Below are positions 48,495-58,233 of a DNA stretch of 64,000 bases, one piece after another; positions within the stretch are counted from its first letter, which is position 1; each line of letters opens with the position of its first letter. Below the pieces are notes generated by a model. That model was not told the DNA's origin and did not search any database. It saw nothing but the letters and a program-made list of their open reading frames with translations. Source of the stretch: an uncultured Alphaproteobacteria bacterium (GTDB lineage Bacteria > Pseudomonadota > Alphaproteobacteria > JAPULJ01). The DNA lies in NCBI GenBank assembly GCA_964494065.1, contig CAZBRE010000001.1, forward strand, positions 14,737 through 78,736. Direction: 5' to 3'. Both the position numbers and the translations under genes were made by a program.

Positions 48495-49988
48495 ATGGCA
48501 AAGACATCCAAGTCTTATGACGTGATCATCGTCGGTGCGGGCAACGCGGCGTTCTGCGCGGCGCTTGCGGCGGCGGAGAGCGGTGCGCGTATTCTGGTGC
48601 TGGAGCGCGCGCCGAAGGACGAGAACGGCGGCAACTCGCGCTTCACCGCCGGCGCCATCCGCTTCGCCTACGACGGGCTCGAAGACATCAGGCGCATCGT
48701 CCCGGACCTCAGCGAGGACGAGATCGCACGCACCGATTTCGGCACCTACACGACCGACCAGTTCTACGACGACATGTTCCGGGTGACCCGCTACCGGAGC
48801 GACCCCGCGCTCTGCGAAGCCCTCGTCATGCGCTCCTTTAAGACCATGGCCTGGCTGCGCGACAAGGGCGTGCGCTTCCAGCCGATCTATGGCCGCCAGG
48901 CCTTCCAGGTCGACGGCATCTTCAAGTTCTGGGGCGGCTTGACGATCGAGGCCTGGGGCGGCGGGCCGGGGCTGGTCGACCGCCAGACCGAGCTGGCGGA
49001 GGCCGCCGGCATCGAGATCCGCTACGGCGCACGCGCGGTGGCGCTCCTATACGACGGCCACACCGTCACCGGCGTGAAGGTGCGGACCGGCGGCGAGATC
49101 TACGACGTGGCGGGCAAGGCGGTGATCCTGGCGAGCGGCGGCTTCGAGGCCAACACTGAGTGGCGCACACGATACCTGGGGCCGGGCTGGGAGATGGCGA
49201 AAGTGCGCGGCAGCCGTTTCAACACCGGCGACGGCATCCGCATGGCGCTGGAGATCGGCGCCAGCCCCTTCGGCAACTGGTCGGGCTGTCACGCCGTCGG
49301 CTGGGACTACAATGCGCCGGAGTTCGGCGACCTCGCCGTGGGCGACGGCTTCCAGAAGCACTCCTATCCCTTCGGCGTCATGGTGAACGCAACCGGGCGG
49401 CGCTTCGTCGACGAGGGCGCGGACTTCCGCAACTACACTTATGCGAAATACGGCCGTGTCGTGCTCGAGCAGCCCGACCAACTCGCCTGGCAGGTCTTCG
49501 ACCAGAAAGTCGCGCATCTGCTGCGCGACGAATACCGGATCAAGCAGGTGACCAAGGTCACGGCGAACACGCTCGACGAGCTCGCGCCCAAGCTCGAGGG
49601 CGTCGAGCCGACGGCGTTCCTGGAAGAAATCGCGGCCTACAATGCCGCGGTCGACACCGACACGCCGTTCAATCCGAACGTCAAGGATGGACGCGCGACC
49701 AAGGGCCTTGCCGTCCCCAAATCCAACTGGGCGAACACGCTCGACGCCCCACCGTATGAGGCTTACCAGATCGGCTGCGGCATCACCTTCACCTTCGGCG
49801 GGTTGCGCATCGACCCGGCGACCGGCCAAGTCATGGACACCGACCTCCATCCCATCCCCGGCCTCTATGCGGCGGGCGAGCTCGTCGGCGGCATCTTCTA
49901 TTTCAACTATCCCGGCGGCACCGGCCTCCTCTCAGGCGCGGTCTTCGGACGCCAGGCGGGCACGGCAGCGGCCGTCTGTGCCGATTAG
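48495..49988 (+). CDS. tcuA: FAD-dependent tricarballylate dehydrogenase TcuA-like flavoprotein
   Basis: 497 aa; N-terminal DVIIVGAGNAAFCAALAAAESGARILVLE (FAD Rossmann), GGFEANTEWR and ITFTFGGLRID, which I recall as characteristic of TcuA and fumarate-reductase-like flavoproteins. No tcuB or tcuC nearby. Confidence 0.7.
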   Translation: MAKTSKSYDVIIVGAGNAAFCAALAAAESGARILVLERAPKDENGGNSRFTAGAIRFAYDGLEDIRRIVPDLSEDEIARTDFGTYTTDQFYDDMFRVTRYRSDPALCEALVMRSFKTMAWLRDKGVRFQPIYGRQAFQVDGIFKFWGGLTIEAWGGGPGLVDRQTELAEAAGIEIRYGARAVALLYDGHTVTGVKVRTGGEIYDVAGKAVILASGGFEANTEWRTRYLGPGWEMAKVRGSRFNTGDGIRMALEIGASPFGNWSGCHAVGWDYNAPEFGDLAVGDGFQKHSYPFGVMVNATGRRFVDEGADFRNYTYAKYGRVVLEQPDQLAWQVFDQKVAHLLRDEYRIKQVTKVTANTLDELAPKLEGVEPTAFLEEIAAYNAAVDTDTPFNPNVKDGRATKGLAVPKSNWANTLDAPPYEAYQIGCGITFTFGGLRIDPATGQVMDTDLHPIPGLYAAGELVGGIFYFNYPGGTGLLSGAVFGRQAGTAAAVCAD

Positions 49989-50113
49989 GGCAACGGTCGC
50001 GCCGACGATGTCTGTGATCAGTGGCGTTGCTTACCGGCTGGTCTGTCGAAAAAGCGTCTCCCGGCGGCGGGGCACAACAACGCTGGCGCGGTCGCTCCTG
50101 GCCGACGATCCGA

Positions 50114-51013
50114 TCACTTGATCGGCGGCACCGGCAGGCGCGCCTCGCCGGACAGCATGGCGAAGGTCTTCTCCAGCGAGTACCAGGGGCCGTCGACATC
50201 GTCCGCCGGCGCGGGCTCGTCCGCCTCGTGGCGCACATAGTCGCCGACCAGCGCCTCGGTCACGCCGAACTGGACGTCGGTATCGATGTAGGGCGCGCCC
50301 TTCACATAGACCTGCGAGATCAATGTCTTGTGCCCCGGCTTGTAGACGAGGAAGTGGATATGGGCGGGCCGCATGTTGTGCCGGCCCTGGGCGGCGAGGA
50401 GCTCGCCCGTCGGCCCGTCGATCGGGATCGGATAGCCCGCCGGCAGCACGGTCCGGAAACCGAAGCGGCCTTGCGTGTCCGTGGTGAACTTGCCGCGCAG
50501 GTTCATCTCGGCCTGCTTTTCGTCCTGCTGCTCGTAGAGGCCTTCGGGCGAGGAATGCCAGACATCGACCTCTGCCCCCGCGATCGGCGCGCCGTCCTGG
50601 TCGACCACGCGGGCGCTTACGAAGAGCGGGTCGCCGGGCGTCGGCGAGCGCACGATCGAAGCGCCGTTCTCGGTCGGCGGCGAGTGCATGCGCCAGAACG
50701 GGCCCAGCAGGTTCGCCGTCGTCTCGACCCGCTCGTGCCCGGCGTTGTTGTTGAGCAGGCAGATCAGCATCGAAAAGCCCAGCGAGCCGGACATCAGCAC
50801 CGCCTCGTTGTGGCGCTCGTTGGTGTGCTGGCCGAGCGCGACGACATAGCCGATGGCCTTCTGGAACTCCGCTTCGGTCAGCTTCACCTCGCGGGCGAAG
50901 TCGTGGAGATGGCGAACCAGCGCGGACATGATCTCCTTGAAGCGCGGATCCGTCGCCCCTTCGAGCTCGCCCAGCACCGCTTGGGTGACGTCCGCTTCGG
51001 TCTTGATAATCAT
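50114..51013 (-). CDS. intradiol ring-cleavage dioxygenase (catechol/hydroxyquinol 1,2-dioxygenase-like)
   Basis: Start at Met 51013 (MIIKTEADV...). Intradiol dioxygenase core with HIHF and the conserved Tyr and His ligand regions. Confidence 0.75.
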   Translation of the reverse strand: MIIKTEADVTQAVLGELEGATDPRFKEIMSALVRHLHDFAREVKLTEAEFQKAIGYVVALGQHTNERHNEAVLMSGSLGFSMLICLLNNNAGHERVETTANLLGPFWRMHSPPTENGASIVRSPTPGDPLFVSARVVDQDGAPIAGAEVDVWHSSPEGLYEQQDEKQAEMNLRGKFTTDTQGRFGFRTVLPAGYPIPIDGPTGELLAAQGRHNMRPAHIHFLVYKPGHKTLISQVYVKGAPYIDTDVQFGVTEALVGDYVRHEADEPAPADDVDGPWYSLEKTFAMLSGEARLPVPPIK

Positions 51014-51123
51014 CTTAGGTTCTCCAGGCTCTGGCAGCCGCCACACAATGCCTTCCCCCGGCCTTCCCGGGCAAGCGCGGGCGGTTCCGGCTGCTAGGGG
51101 CGGCCGGAGGCATCTGATATAGT

Positions 51124-52587
51124 TTGCGTCCTAACCAATGCGATCTCCCGTTCGACGAGGGAAATTTGGAACCGCCCAAGTCGAAGACCAGAGCCGCGAG
51201 GCCGAAGAAGCCTCCTTCCGCGCCGCCGGGCCGCGCGGACGGTGGCGCGTCGGCCGGGCGTGGGGCCGGCGAAGAGGCGGACGATCCCCAGGCGCTCCGT
51301 CAGGCACTCGCCGAAGCCCTCGAGCAGCAGACGGCCACGAGCGAAATCCTGCACATTATCTCGAGCTCGCCCAGGGACCTCGAGCCGGTTTTCGCCGCGA
51401 TCGCCAAGAGCGCCGCGCGACTTTGCGAGGGAACGTTCTGTTTCGCGACGCGCTACGACGGGGAGCTGATCCACATGGCCGCCCACCACAACATGGGACC
51501 GGCCGCCCTCGAAAAGGTTCGCAAGGCCTACCCGCACCTCGCAGACCGCGACACCCTCACTGGGCTGGCGATCCTCGATCGACGGATGGTCCACGTGCAG
51601 GATGTCGAGGAGGACATAAATATACCGTCTCGCGGACGCGAGATGTCGCGGTCGTTCGGGTTCAAGTGCGTCGTGGCAGTGCCCATGCTGCGTGACGGCA
51701 ATGCGATCGGTGCGATCACTGTCGCACGGGACGAGGCGGAGCCGTTCTCCGAAGGCCAGATCGAGCTACTCAAGACGTTTGCCGACCAAGCGGTGATCGC
51801 GATCGAGAACGCACGCCTGTTCGACGAGGTCCAGGCGCAAACCCGCACGGTCGAGGAGCAAGCCGCGCAGCTCGCCGATTGGAACCGCACGCTGGAGAGC
51901 CGCGTCGCCGAGCAGGTGGCCGAGCTGACGCGCCTTTCCAAGCTCACCCGCTTCCATTCGCCCAAAATCAGCGACCTCATTATGTCGGGCGAAGCGGATG
52001 ATCCGCTAAAGACCAGACGAAGCGAGGTCACGGTGGTCTATGCCGATCTGCGCGGCTTCACGGGCTTCACCGAGATCGCCGATCCCGAGGAGGTGATGGC
52101 GGTGCTCCGCGAATACCATGCCGAGCTCGGCCGGGCGATCGTGGCTTACGACGGAACCATCGAGCACTTCGCCGGCGACGGTGCGATGGTGCTGTTCAAT
52201 GCGCCCGTTCCGGTCGACGATCACGAAATGCATGCGATCCGCATGACGATACAGATGCGCAATTCGTTGGCGGCGCTTTCGTCGGAGTGGCGCAAGCGCG
52301 GCTATGAGCTGGGATTTGGTGCCGGGATCGCGTCCGGCTACGCCACGCTGGGCACAATCGGCTTTGAGGAACGCCTCGATTACGGCGCTATCGGTACGGT
52401 CTGCAATCTCGCCGCCCGCCTCTGCGGCGAAGCCGAGGACGGCCAGATCCTCATCTCACCGCGCGTCTTCGCCAAGCTCGAGGACCGCGTCGAGGCGGCC
52501 CCCGTGGGCGCGTTGACCCTCAAGGGATTTCACCGCCCGGTTGCCGCCCACAACGTCCTCGGTCTGAGCAGCGATACGCTTACTTAA
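51124..52587 (+). CDS. GAF domain-containing class III adenylate/guanylate cyclase
   Basis: GAF region (residues ~70-220), coiled coil, then a CHD cyclase domain ([16 protein letters not shown]...[11 protein letters not shown]...). The N-terminal ~60 aa are low-complexity and the start may be later. Confidence 0.8.
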   Translation: MRPNQCDLPFDEGNLEPPKSKTRAARPKKPPSAPPGRADGGASAGRGAGEEADDPQALRQALAEALEQQTATSEILHIISSSPRDLEPVFAAIAKSAARLCEGTFCFATRYDGELIHMAAHHNMGPAALEKVRKAYPHLADRDTLTGLAILDRRMVHVQDVEEDINIPSRGREMSRSFGFKCVVAVPMLRDGNAIGAITVARDEAEPFSEGQIELLKTFADQAVIAIENARLFDEVQAQTRTVEEQAAQLADWNRTLESRVAEQVAELTRLSKLTRFHSPKISDLIMSGEADDPLKTRRSEVTVVYADLRGFTGFTEIADPEEVMAVLREYHAELGRAIVAYDGTIEHFAGDGAMVLFNAPVPVDDHEMHAIRMTIQMRNSLAALSSEWRKRGYELGFGAGIASGYATLGTIGFEERLDYGAIGTVCNLAARLCGEAEDGQILISPRVFAKLEDRVEAAPVGALTLKGFHRPVAAHNVLGLSSDTLT

Positions 52588-52605
52588 AATCCGAGCGCTT
52601 GCGCC

Positions 52606-53778
52606 TTACTGTGCGGCCGCTACCGCGTTCTCGTTCGTTCCTTCGGCCACCCTATCGCGGAAATAGGGGATAATCTCTTCGGCGATGGCGGCGATGTTGT
52701 CGCGCGCCATTTCGTTCGGCATGGTTCCGAACTGCGTCTTGGTGAGCGAGGTGTTGAAGCGGGCGAGGTCCTGATATTCGGCGAGCTTCTCGCGCACCGT
52801 GTTCGGGCTGCCGATGATGACGATGCCGCTTTCGATCAGCTGCTCGATCGACTGCGTGCGCCCGGTGATCTTGGCAGCGCGGATGCGCTTGATCGATTCG
52901 ATGCTGGTGTAGCCGGGCGGCAGCAAAAATTCGGTCGGCATCTTCAAAAGCGCGTTCACCAACGCCTCCAGATGCGGCCGCGCCTGGGCGACCGCCTTCT
53001 CGTCGGTCTCGGCGATGTAGATCGAATTCGACCAGGCGAGCTGGTCGGGCGAGGCTTGGTAGCCGGCCTGGTCCGCGGCCTCGCGGTACATGTCGAAGAA
53101 GCGCGCCACCGTGGCAATCGGGCTCAAGGTCTGACAGTAGGTGTAGCGCATCTTCGCCGCCCATTTGATCGTGCTCGACGAGCCCTGGCTCGGGATCCAG
53201 ATCGGCGGATGGGGCTTCTGATAGGGCCGCGGCCACGGGTTGACGTAGCGGAAATTGTAGTGCTCGCCCTCGTACTGGAACGGGCCGTCCTCGGTCCAGG
53301 CCCGCAGGATGAGGTCGTGCGCCTCGTCGAAGCGCGCCTGCGAGGTCGAGGGATTGATGCTCATCGCGTGGTATTCGGCGCCGATGCCGCGCACGAAACC
53401 GGCGATGAACCGGCCGCGCGTCAGGTTGTCGAGGATGGCGTATTCCTCGGCGATGGTGATCGGGTTGTTGACCAGCGGCAGCGCCCGGCCGAGCACCGCC
53501 AATTTGCAGTTCTTGAGCCGCCGTGACAGCGCGCCCGCGAGCACGCCCGGGATCGGCATCATTCCGTATGCGGTGGTGTGATGCTCGTTCAGGACCACCC
53601 CGTCGAAGCCCATCTCGTCGGCGTATTCGAGCTGGTCGAGATAGTCGTGGTACAGCTCGGCGCCCTTCTCCGGGTCGTAGTCCTTGTTCGAATAGGTGAG
53701 CCAGGCCGAGCCGTTCTTCTTGATCGCCTCGATGTCTGCATGGGCGTAGGGCATGAGGTGGAAGTTGAAAAACTTCAT
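52606..53778 (-). CDS. LLM-class flavin-dependent oxidoreductase (luciferase-like monooxygenase)
   Basis: 390 aa; 4-nt overlap with the upstream TRAP fused-permease gene, consistent with co-transcription. Confidence 0.85.
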   Translation of the reverse strand: MKFFNFHLMPYAHADIEAIKKNGSAWLTYSNKDYDPEKGAELYHDYLDQLEYADEMGFDGVVLNEHHTTAYGMMPIPGVLAGALSRRLKNCKLAVLGRALPLVNNPITIAEEYAILDNLTRGRFIAGFVRGIGAEYHAMSINPSTSQARFDEAHDLILRAWTEDGPFQYEGEHYNFRYVNPWPRPYQKPHPPIWIPSQGSSSTIKWAAKMRYTYCQTLSPIATVARFFDMYREAADQAGYQASPDQLAWSNSIYIAETDEKAVAQARPHLEALVNALLKMPTEFLLPPGYTSIESIKRIRAAKITGRTQSIEQLIESGIVIIGSPNTVREKLAEYQDLARFNTSLTKTQFGTMPNEMARDNIAAIAEEIIPYFRDRVAEGTNENAVAAAQ

Positions 53779-55778
53779 GGCGTGCTCCCTCCCGTTCGGC
53801 CGCCGGTATCATAGGCCTTTCGCTCCCGGCGCGCGCCCTGAACCTCCCAGGTGACCAGCGCGATCCCCAAGACCAGGCCGACGAGATCGGTCCAGATCGC
53901 CCAGGGCCCGACGTCGCGCGGCACCATCAGCATGATGCCGGATACAATGACGGCGACGCGCATGGGCGGCGCGAGCGGCCGCATCATATAGCCGATGGCG
54001 CCGGTGCAGACGAGCCAGACACCCGCAACCGCGGTCGTAAGCGCGATCGCAAGATCGAGCGGCTTGACGTCCTGCAGCAGCAAGACCGGCGCGAAGACGA
54101 AGAGGAACGGCACGATATAGGCGGTCCAGCCGAAGCGCATCGCGGCGAAGCCGGTGCGCATCGGATCGGACCTCGCGAGGTTGGCGGCGAAGAAGGCGGC
54201 GATCGCGACCGGCGGCGTGATGAAGGACATCATCCCGAAATAGAAGATGAACATATGCGCCGCCAGCTTGTTGACGCCGACCTCGGCGAGCGCAGGGGCG
54301 ATCAGCACGGCGAGCAGGATGTAGACGCTCACCGTCGGCATGCCCATGCCCAACACGATGCACATCACCGCGGCCATCAGCAGCAGCAGGAGCATGTGTC
54401 CCTCGCCGATGCTCACCAATGCCGAGGTCAGCAGGAAGCCGAGCCCCGCGACGTTGAGCACGCCGAGGATGAAGCCGGCGGCCGCAACGATCATGAACAC
54501 GTCGAGCGCGCCGAGGCAGGTCTGGACCAGCGCGTCCCAGACGCCCTTGAAGGTGAGCCGGTTGTCGCCGTAGCCGAGGACGAGCCCCACCGCGATTACC
54601 CCGACACACGCCCAGAAGGCCGCCGTCTCGGGCCGGTAGTTCCAGGCGAACAGCGTGTAGATCAGCACCGCAAAGGGAACGATGAAAGGCCAGCCCCGCA
54701 CGAGAACGTTGCGCAAGCGGGGAATTTTCACTTCCTCGACCCGGGCGATGCCGTGCTTGGCCGCCTCGAGATCGACCATGATGAAGAGTGCTACGTAGTA
54801 GAGGATCGCCGGGATCAACGCTGCCAGCACGATGGTGCCGTAGTCGGTGCCGAGGATGTCGGCCATCAGGAAGGCGACCGCGCCCATCACCGGCGGCATC
54901 AGCTGCCCGCCGGTGGAAGCGACCGCCTCGATCGCGGCGGCGACGTGGGGCCGGTAGCCGGCCTGGCGCATCAGCGGGATCGTCACCACCCCGGTCGCCA
55001 TGATGTTCGAGGCCGCGAGGCCGGAGACGGTGCCGAAGAGGCTCGAGCCGGTCACCGCGATCTTCGCCGAGCCGCCGCGGAAGCGCCCCATTGCCGCCAG
55101 CGAGAAGTCGTTGAACACCTCCGAGCCGCCCGAGCGGAGCAGCAGCTGGCCGAAGAAGACGAAGGCGAAGACGATGGTCGTCGCGACCTTGAGCACGATT
55201 CCGAAGAGGCCGTTGGTATCGAGCGCGAGCGTGGTGACCAGGACCTCGACCCCGACCTCGCGCGCCTGCATCTTGCCGGGCAGGAGATGGCCCAACAGCC
55301 CGAAGGCGATGAAGATGGCCACCACGATCACGAGCGTGTAGCCGACGCTCCGGCGCAGCCCTTCGATACACAGTCCGAAGATGATCGTGCCGACGATGAC
55401 GGTGTCCGGCGGCGTGTCCGTCAGGAAGGTGATCATGTCCGGGTAGACCACGGCGACATACCACCCCGCACCGAAACCCGCGGCCGACGCCAGCGCGTCG
55501 TACCATGGCAGGCGCGTGCGCATGGTGCCGCGCTTGGCCGGAAAATGGAGATAGACGAGACACAGAACCAGGCCGAGGATCGCGGCCATGAACTGCTCGT
55601 TGTAGGGCGTGTAGCCGACGAGCGACTTGATGTCGAACCCCCATTGGGGGATCTCCATCGCCCAGGCGAGCGACAGCAACGTCGTCAGCGCCGCGAGCCC
55701 GGGACGCAGCACACGCACGACCGGCGAAAGCTTAGCCCCCGCCGTCACTTGCGCGGATTCCGTCGCCGTTTCCGTCAC
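53775..55778 (-). CDS. TAXI-type TRAP transporter fused permease (DctQ-DctM fusion)
   Basis: 667 aa, ~18 TM segments. Confidence 0.85.
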   Translation of the reverse strand: MTETATESAQVTAGAKLSPVVRVLRPGLAALTTLLSLAWAMEIPQWGFDIKSLVGYTPYNEQFMAAILGLVLCLVYLHFPAKRGTMRTRLPWYDALASAAGFGAGWYVAVVYPDMITFLTDTPPDTVIVGTIIFGLCIEGLRRSVGYTLVIVVAIFIAFGLLGHLLPGKMQAREVGVEVLVTTLALDTNGLFGIVLKVATTIVFAFVFFGQLLLRSGGSEVFNDFSLAAMGRFRGGSAKIAVTGSSLFGTVSGLAASNIMATGVVTIPLMRQAGYRPHVAAAIEAVASTGGQLMPPVMGAVAFLMADILGTDYGTIVLAALIPAILYYVALFIMVDLEAAKHGIARVEEVKIPRLRNVLVRGWPFIVPFAVLIYTLFAWNYRPETAAFWACVGVIAVGLVLGYGDNRLTFKGVWDALVQTCLGALDVFMIVAAAGFILGVLNVAGLGFLLTSALVSIGEGHMLLLLLMAAVMCIVLGMGMPTVSVYILLAVLIAPALAEVGVNKLAAHMFIFYFGMMSFITPPVAIAAFFAANLARSDPMRTGFAAMRFGWTAYIVPFLFVFAPVLLLQDVKPLDLAIALTTAVAGVWLVCTGAIGYMMRPLAPPMRVAVIVSGIMLMVPRDVGPWAIWTDLVGLVLGIALVTWEVQGARRERKAYDTGGRTGGSTP

Positions 55779-55878
55779 CGGCCGGCCCCCCGCGAGCGGG
55801 CATGCCGGCGCGGCGTAGCGCGGCCGCCCCCCTGAAATGGGCTGCGGCCGCGCAGTCCGTCAGTGGACAATTCGGGCG

Positions 55879-56850
55879 CTACTTCTTCGGCCAGATGCCT
55901 ATCTCTTTGTAATATTTGATCGCGCCCGGATGATACTTCAGCACCGAGAACTGCTTCGCCGCCCGCTTGGGGAAGAAGCCGCGGAACATCGGGTGACCCT
56001 TCGCGAGGGTGGCCTTGTTCTCGCCGAACGCCTTCGCGACCTTGTAAGCCACTTCGTCCGACACGTGGGCGCCGGTGACGAGCGCGTTGTCGAAGGCGAG
56101 CATGGCGGTCGGCACCGCGACGCCGGGGATATGCGGCGCCGGCTTGACCGTGATGATGTAGAAGTCCTTGCGGACCGACTTCACCGCGGCCAGCTGCTTC
56201 GGCCCGTTGCCGATGGACAGGAAGCGGATGCCGCCGGTGGCGCTGTCGACCTCGCGGACCTTGGGCGCCAGCGGCGCGATGTAGCCGGCATCGGTCTTGC
56301 CGGCCTTGAAGTCGTCGGCGGCCGTGATCAGGCCGATCGTCGGCACGCCCTTCACGTCGTTCCAGGTGAGCCCGCCGGCGGCGAGCGACGCGCCCATCAG
56401 CGCGATGCTCTGCCGGAACGCCCGCCAGCCGCTCGGCACGCGCTTGCCCTTCAAGTCGGCGATCGACTTGATCGGCGAGTTCTTGCGCACCATGAACGCG
56501 GTTGGAAAGGTAACGGTCTTCGCGATCGCGAGCAGGTTCTTCGCCGGCCGGCCCTTCCAGGCTTCCTCGCCGTTGATCGCCGCGGCCACCTGGGTGACGT
56601 CGTTGAAGGCGAACTCGGCGCGTCCCGAATTGAGCGCCGAGATCACCGCCTCGGTACCGCGCATCGGCACGACGCTGACCCGCATGCCGGCCTTGTCGAT
56701 CAGCATCTTGGAGCCGATCGTGCTGAGCAGATGCAGGATCGCGCCCTGCGGCAGCGAGGCGAAGGTAAGCGTCTTCTCCGCCGAGGCCGGGCTGGCCGCG
56801 AAGCCGGCCAGCAGCGCAACGCCCGCAAGCAATGCCTTTGTCCGTCTCAT
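55879..56850 (-). CDS. TAXI family TRAP transporter solute-binding protein (copy A)
   Basis: Start at Met 56850 (MRRTKALLAGVALLAGFAASPASA signal). Near-identical to copy B. Confidence 0.85.
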   Translation of the reverse strand: MRRTKALLAGVALLAGFAASPASAEKTLTFASLPQGAILHLLSTIGSKMLIDKAGMRVSVVPMRGTEAVISALNSGRAEFAFNDVTQVAAAINGEEAWKGRPAKNLLAIAKTVTFPTAFMVRKNSPIKSIADLKGKRVPSGWRAFRQSIALMGASLAAGGLTWNDVKGVPTIGLITAADDFKAGKTDAGYIAPLAPKVREVDSATGGIRFLSIGNGPKQLAAVKSVRKDFYIITVKPAPHIPGVAVPTAMLAFDNALVTGAHVSDEVAYKVAKAFGENKATLAKGHPMFRGFFPKRAAKQFSVLKYHPGAIKYYKEIGIWPKK

Positions 56851-57030
56851 GGTTCGTCCTCCCTGTAAGCTGCGGGTGATCCCCGCGTTTATCGTTGTCT
56901 CCAGGCCAATGCTACGGGTTTGGGGGCGGTTAGCGCAAGAAAGGCAGGCCGTCACGCGCCAGCCGGGCCGGCGTGCCATTGAATACTGCCGGGCGCCACC
57001 GCGTTTTTTTCTCAGAGGACGAGTCGGACG

Positions 57031-57999
57031 CTACTCCGCCCAGATGCCTTTTTCTTTGTAAAATTTGATCGCGCCCGGGTGATACTTCAGCACCGAGAAC
57101 TGCTTGGACGCCCGCTTGGGGAAGAAGCCGCGGAACATCGGGTGCCCCTTGGCGAGGGTTGCTTTGTTCTCGTAGAACGCCTTTGCGGCCTTGTAGGCGG
57201 TTTCGTTCGATACGTGGCTGCCCGTGACGAGCGCCGTGTCGTAGGCCAGCATGGCGGTCGGCTTGGCAACGCCCGGGATGTGCGGCGCCGGCTTGACCGT
57301 GACGATATAGAAGTCGGGACGAATCGCCTTTACGGCCGCCAGCTGTTTCGGCCCATTGCCGATGCTGAGGAAGCGGATGCCGCCGACCGAGCTGTCGACC
57401 TCGCGGACCTTCGGCGCCAGCGGCGCAATATAGCCGGCGTCGGTCTTGCCGGCCTTGAAGTCGTCGGCGGCCGTGATCAGACCGATCGTCGGTACATGCT
57501 TGACGTCCTTGAGTGTAAGCCCGCTCGCCGCGAGCGACGCCTCCATGAGCACGAGGCCCTGCCGGAAGGCGCGCCAGCCGGTGGGCAGGCGCTTGCCCTT
57601 CAAGTCGGCGATCGTCTTGATCGGTGAGTCCTTCCGCACCATGAAGGCGGTCGGGAAGGTGACGATCTTCGCGATCGCGCGCAGATTCTTGGTCGGCCGG
57701 CCCTTAAAGGCTTCCTGGCCGTTGATCGCCGCGGCGATCTGGGTCACGTCGGAGAACAGAAACTCCGCGCGGCCTGCATTGACCGCCGAGACCACCGCTT
57801 CCGTACCGCGCATGGGCACGACGCTGACCCGCATGCCGGCCTTGTCGATCAGCATCTTCGACGAGATCGTGCTCAGCAGGTGCAGGATCGCGCCCTGCGG
57901 CAGCGAGGCGAATGTAAGCGTCTTTTCCGCCGCTGCCGGTCCTGCCGAAAAGCCGGCCAGTAGCGCCACACCCGCCAGCAATGCCTTTGTCCGTCTCAT
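57031..57999 (-). CDS. TAXI family TRAP transporter solute-binding protein (copy B)
   Basis: 322 aa; ~85-90% identical to copy A by eye, including the flanking non-coding DNA. Confidence 0.85.
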   Translation of the reverse strand: MRRTKALLAGVALLAGFSAGPAAAEKTLTFASLPQGAILHLLSTISSKMLIDKAGMRVSVVPMRGTEAVVSAVNAGRAEFLFSDVTQIAAAINGQEAFKGRPTKNLRAIAKIVTFPTAFMVRKDSPIKTIADLKGKRLPTGWRAFRQGLVLMEASLAASGLTLKDVKHVPTIGLITAADDFKAGKTDAGYIAPLAPKVREVDSSVGGIRFLSIGNGPKQLAAVKAIRPDFYIVTVKPAPHIPGVAKPTAMLAYDTALVTGSHVSNETAYKAAKAFYENKATLAKGHPMFRGFFPKRASKQFSVLKYHPGAIKFYKEKGIWAE

Positions 58000-58233
58000 G
58001 ATTGGCCCATCTCCCTGTAAGCGGGGGGACCCCCCGCGATTATCGTCGCTTGCGAGGGCGATGCTACGGGCTCGGGGGCGGCAAGCGCAAGGATGGCTCC
58101 AATCGGATTGAGTAATCCGGAGTGACCGTCCGGCAGGGTCCGGTGACGGGCATCGGGCAATTCATACCGCGATTTTTCGGGGGATTTGCTGTAGTTCAAC
58201 GGGTCCCGCCCGTTTGCAGATTGGATCGGCCGC

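Larger units (their letters stand above)
55879..58095. repeat. tandem duplication (~1.07 kb units: ~55879-56945 and ~57031-58095), each carrying a TAXI binding-protein gene plus its 5' leader
   Basis: Seen in sequence. Both coding and upstream leader sequence are conserved (e.g. CCCTGTAAGC...GATGCTACGGG...GGGGGCGG...AGCGCAAG). Confidence 0.7.
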
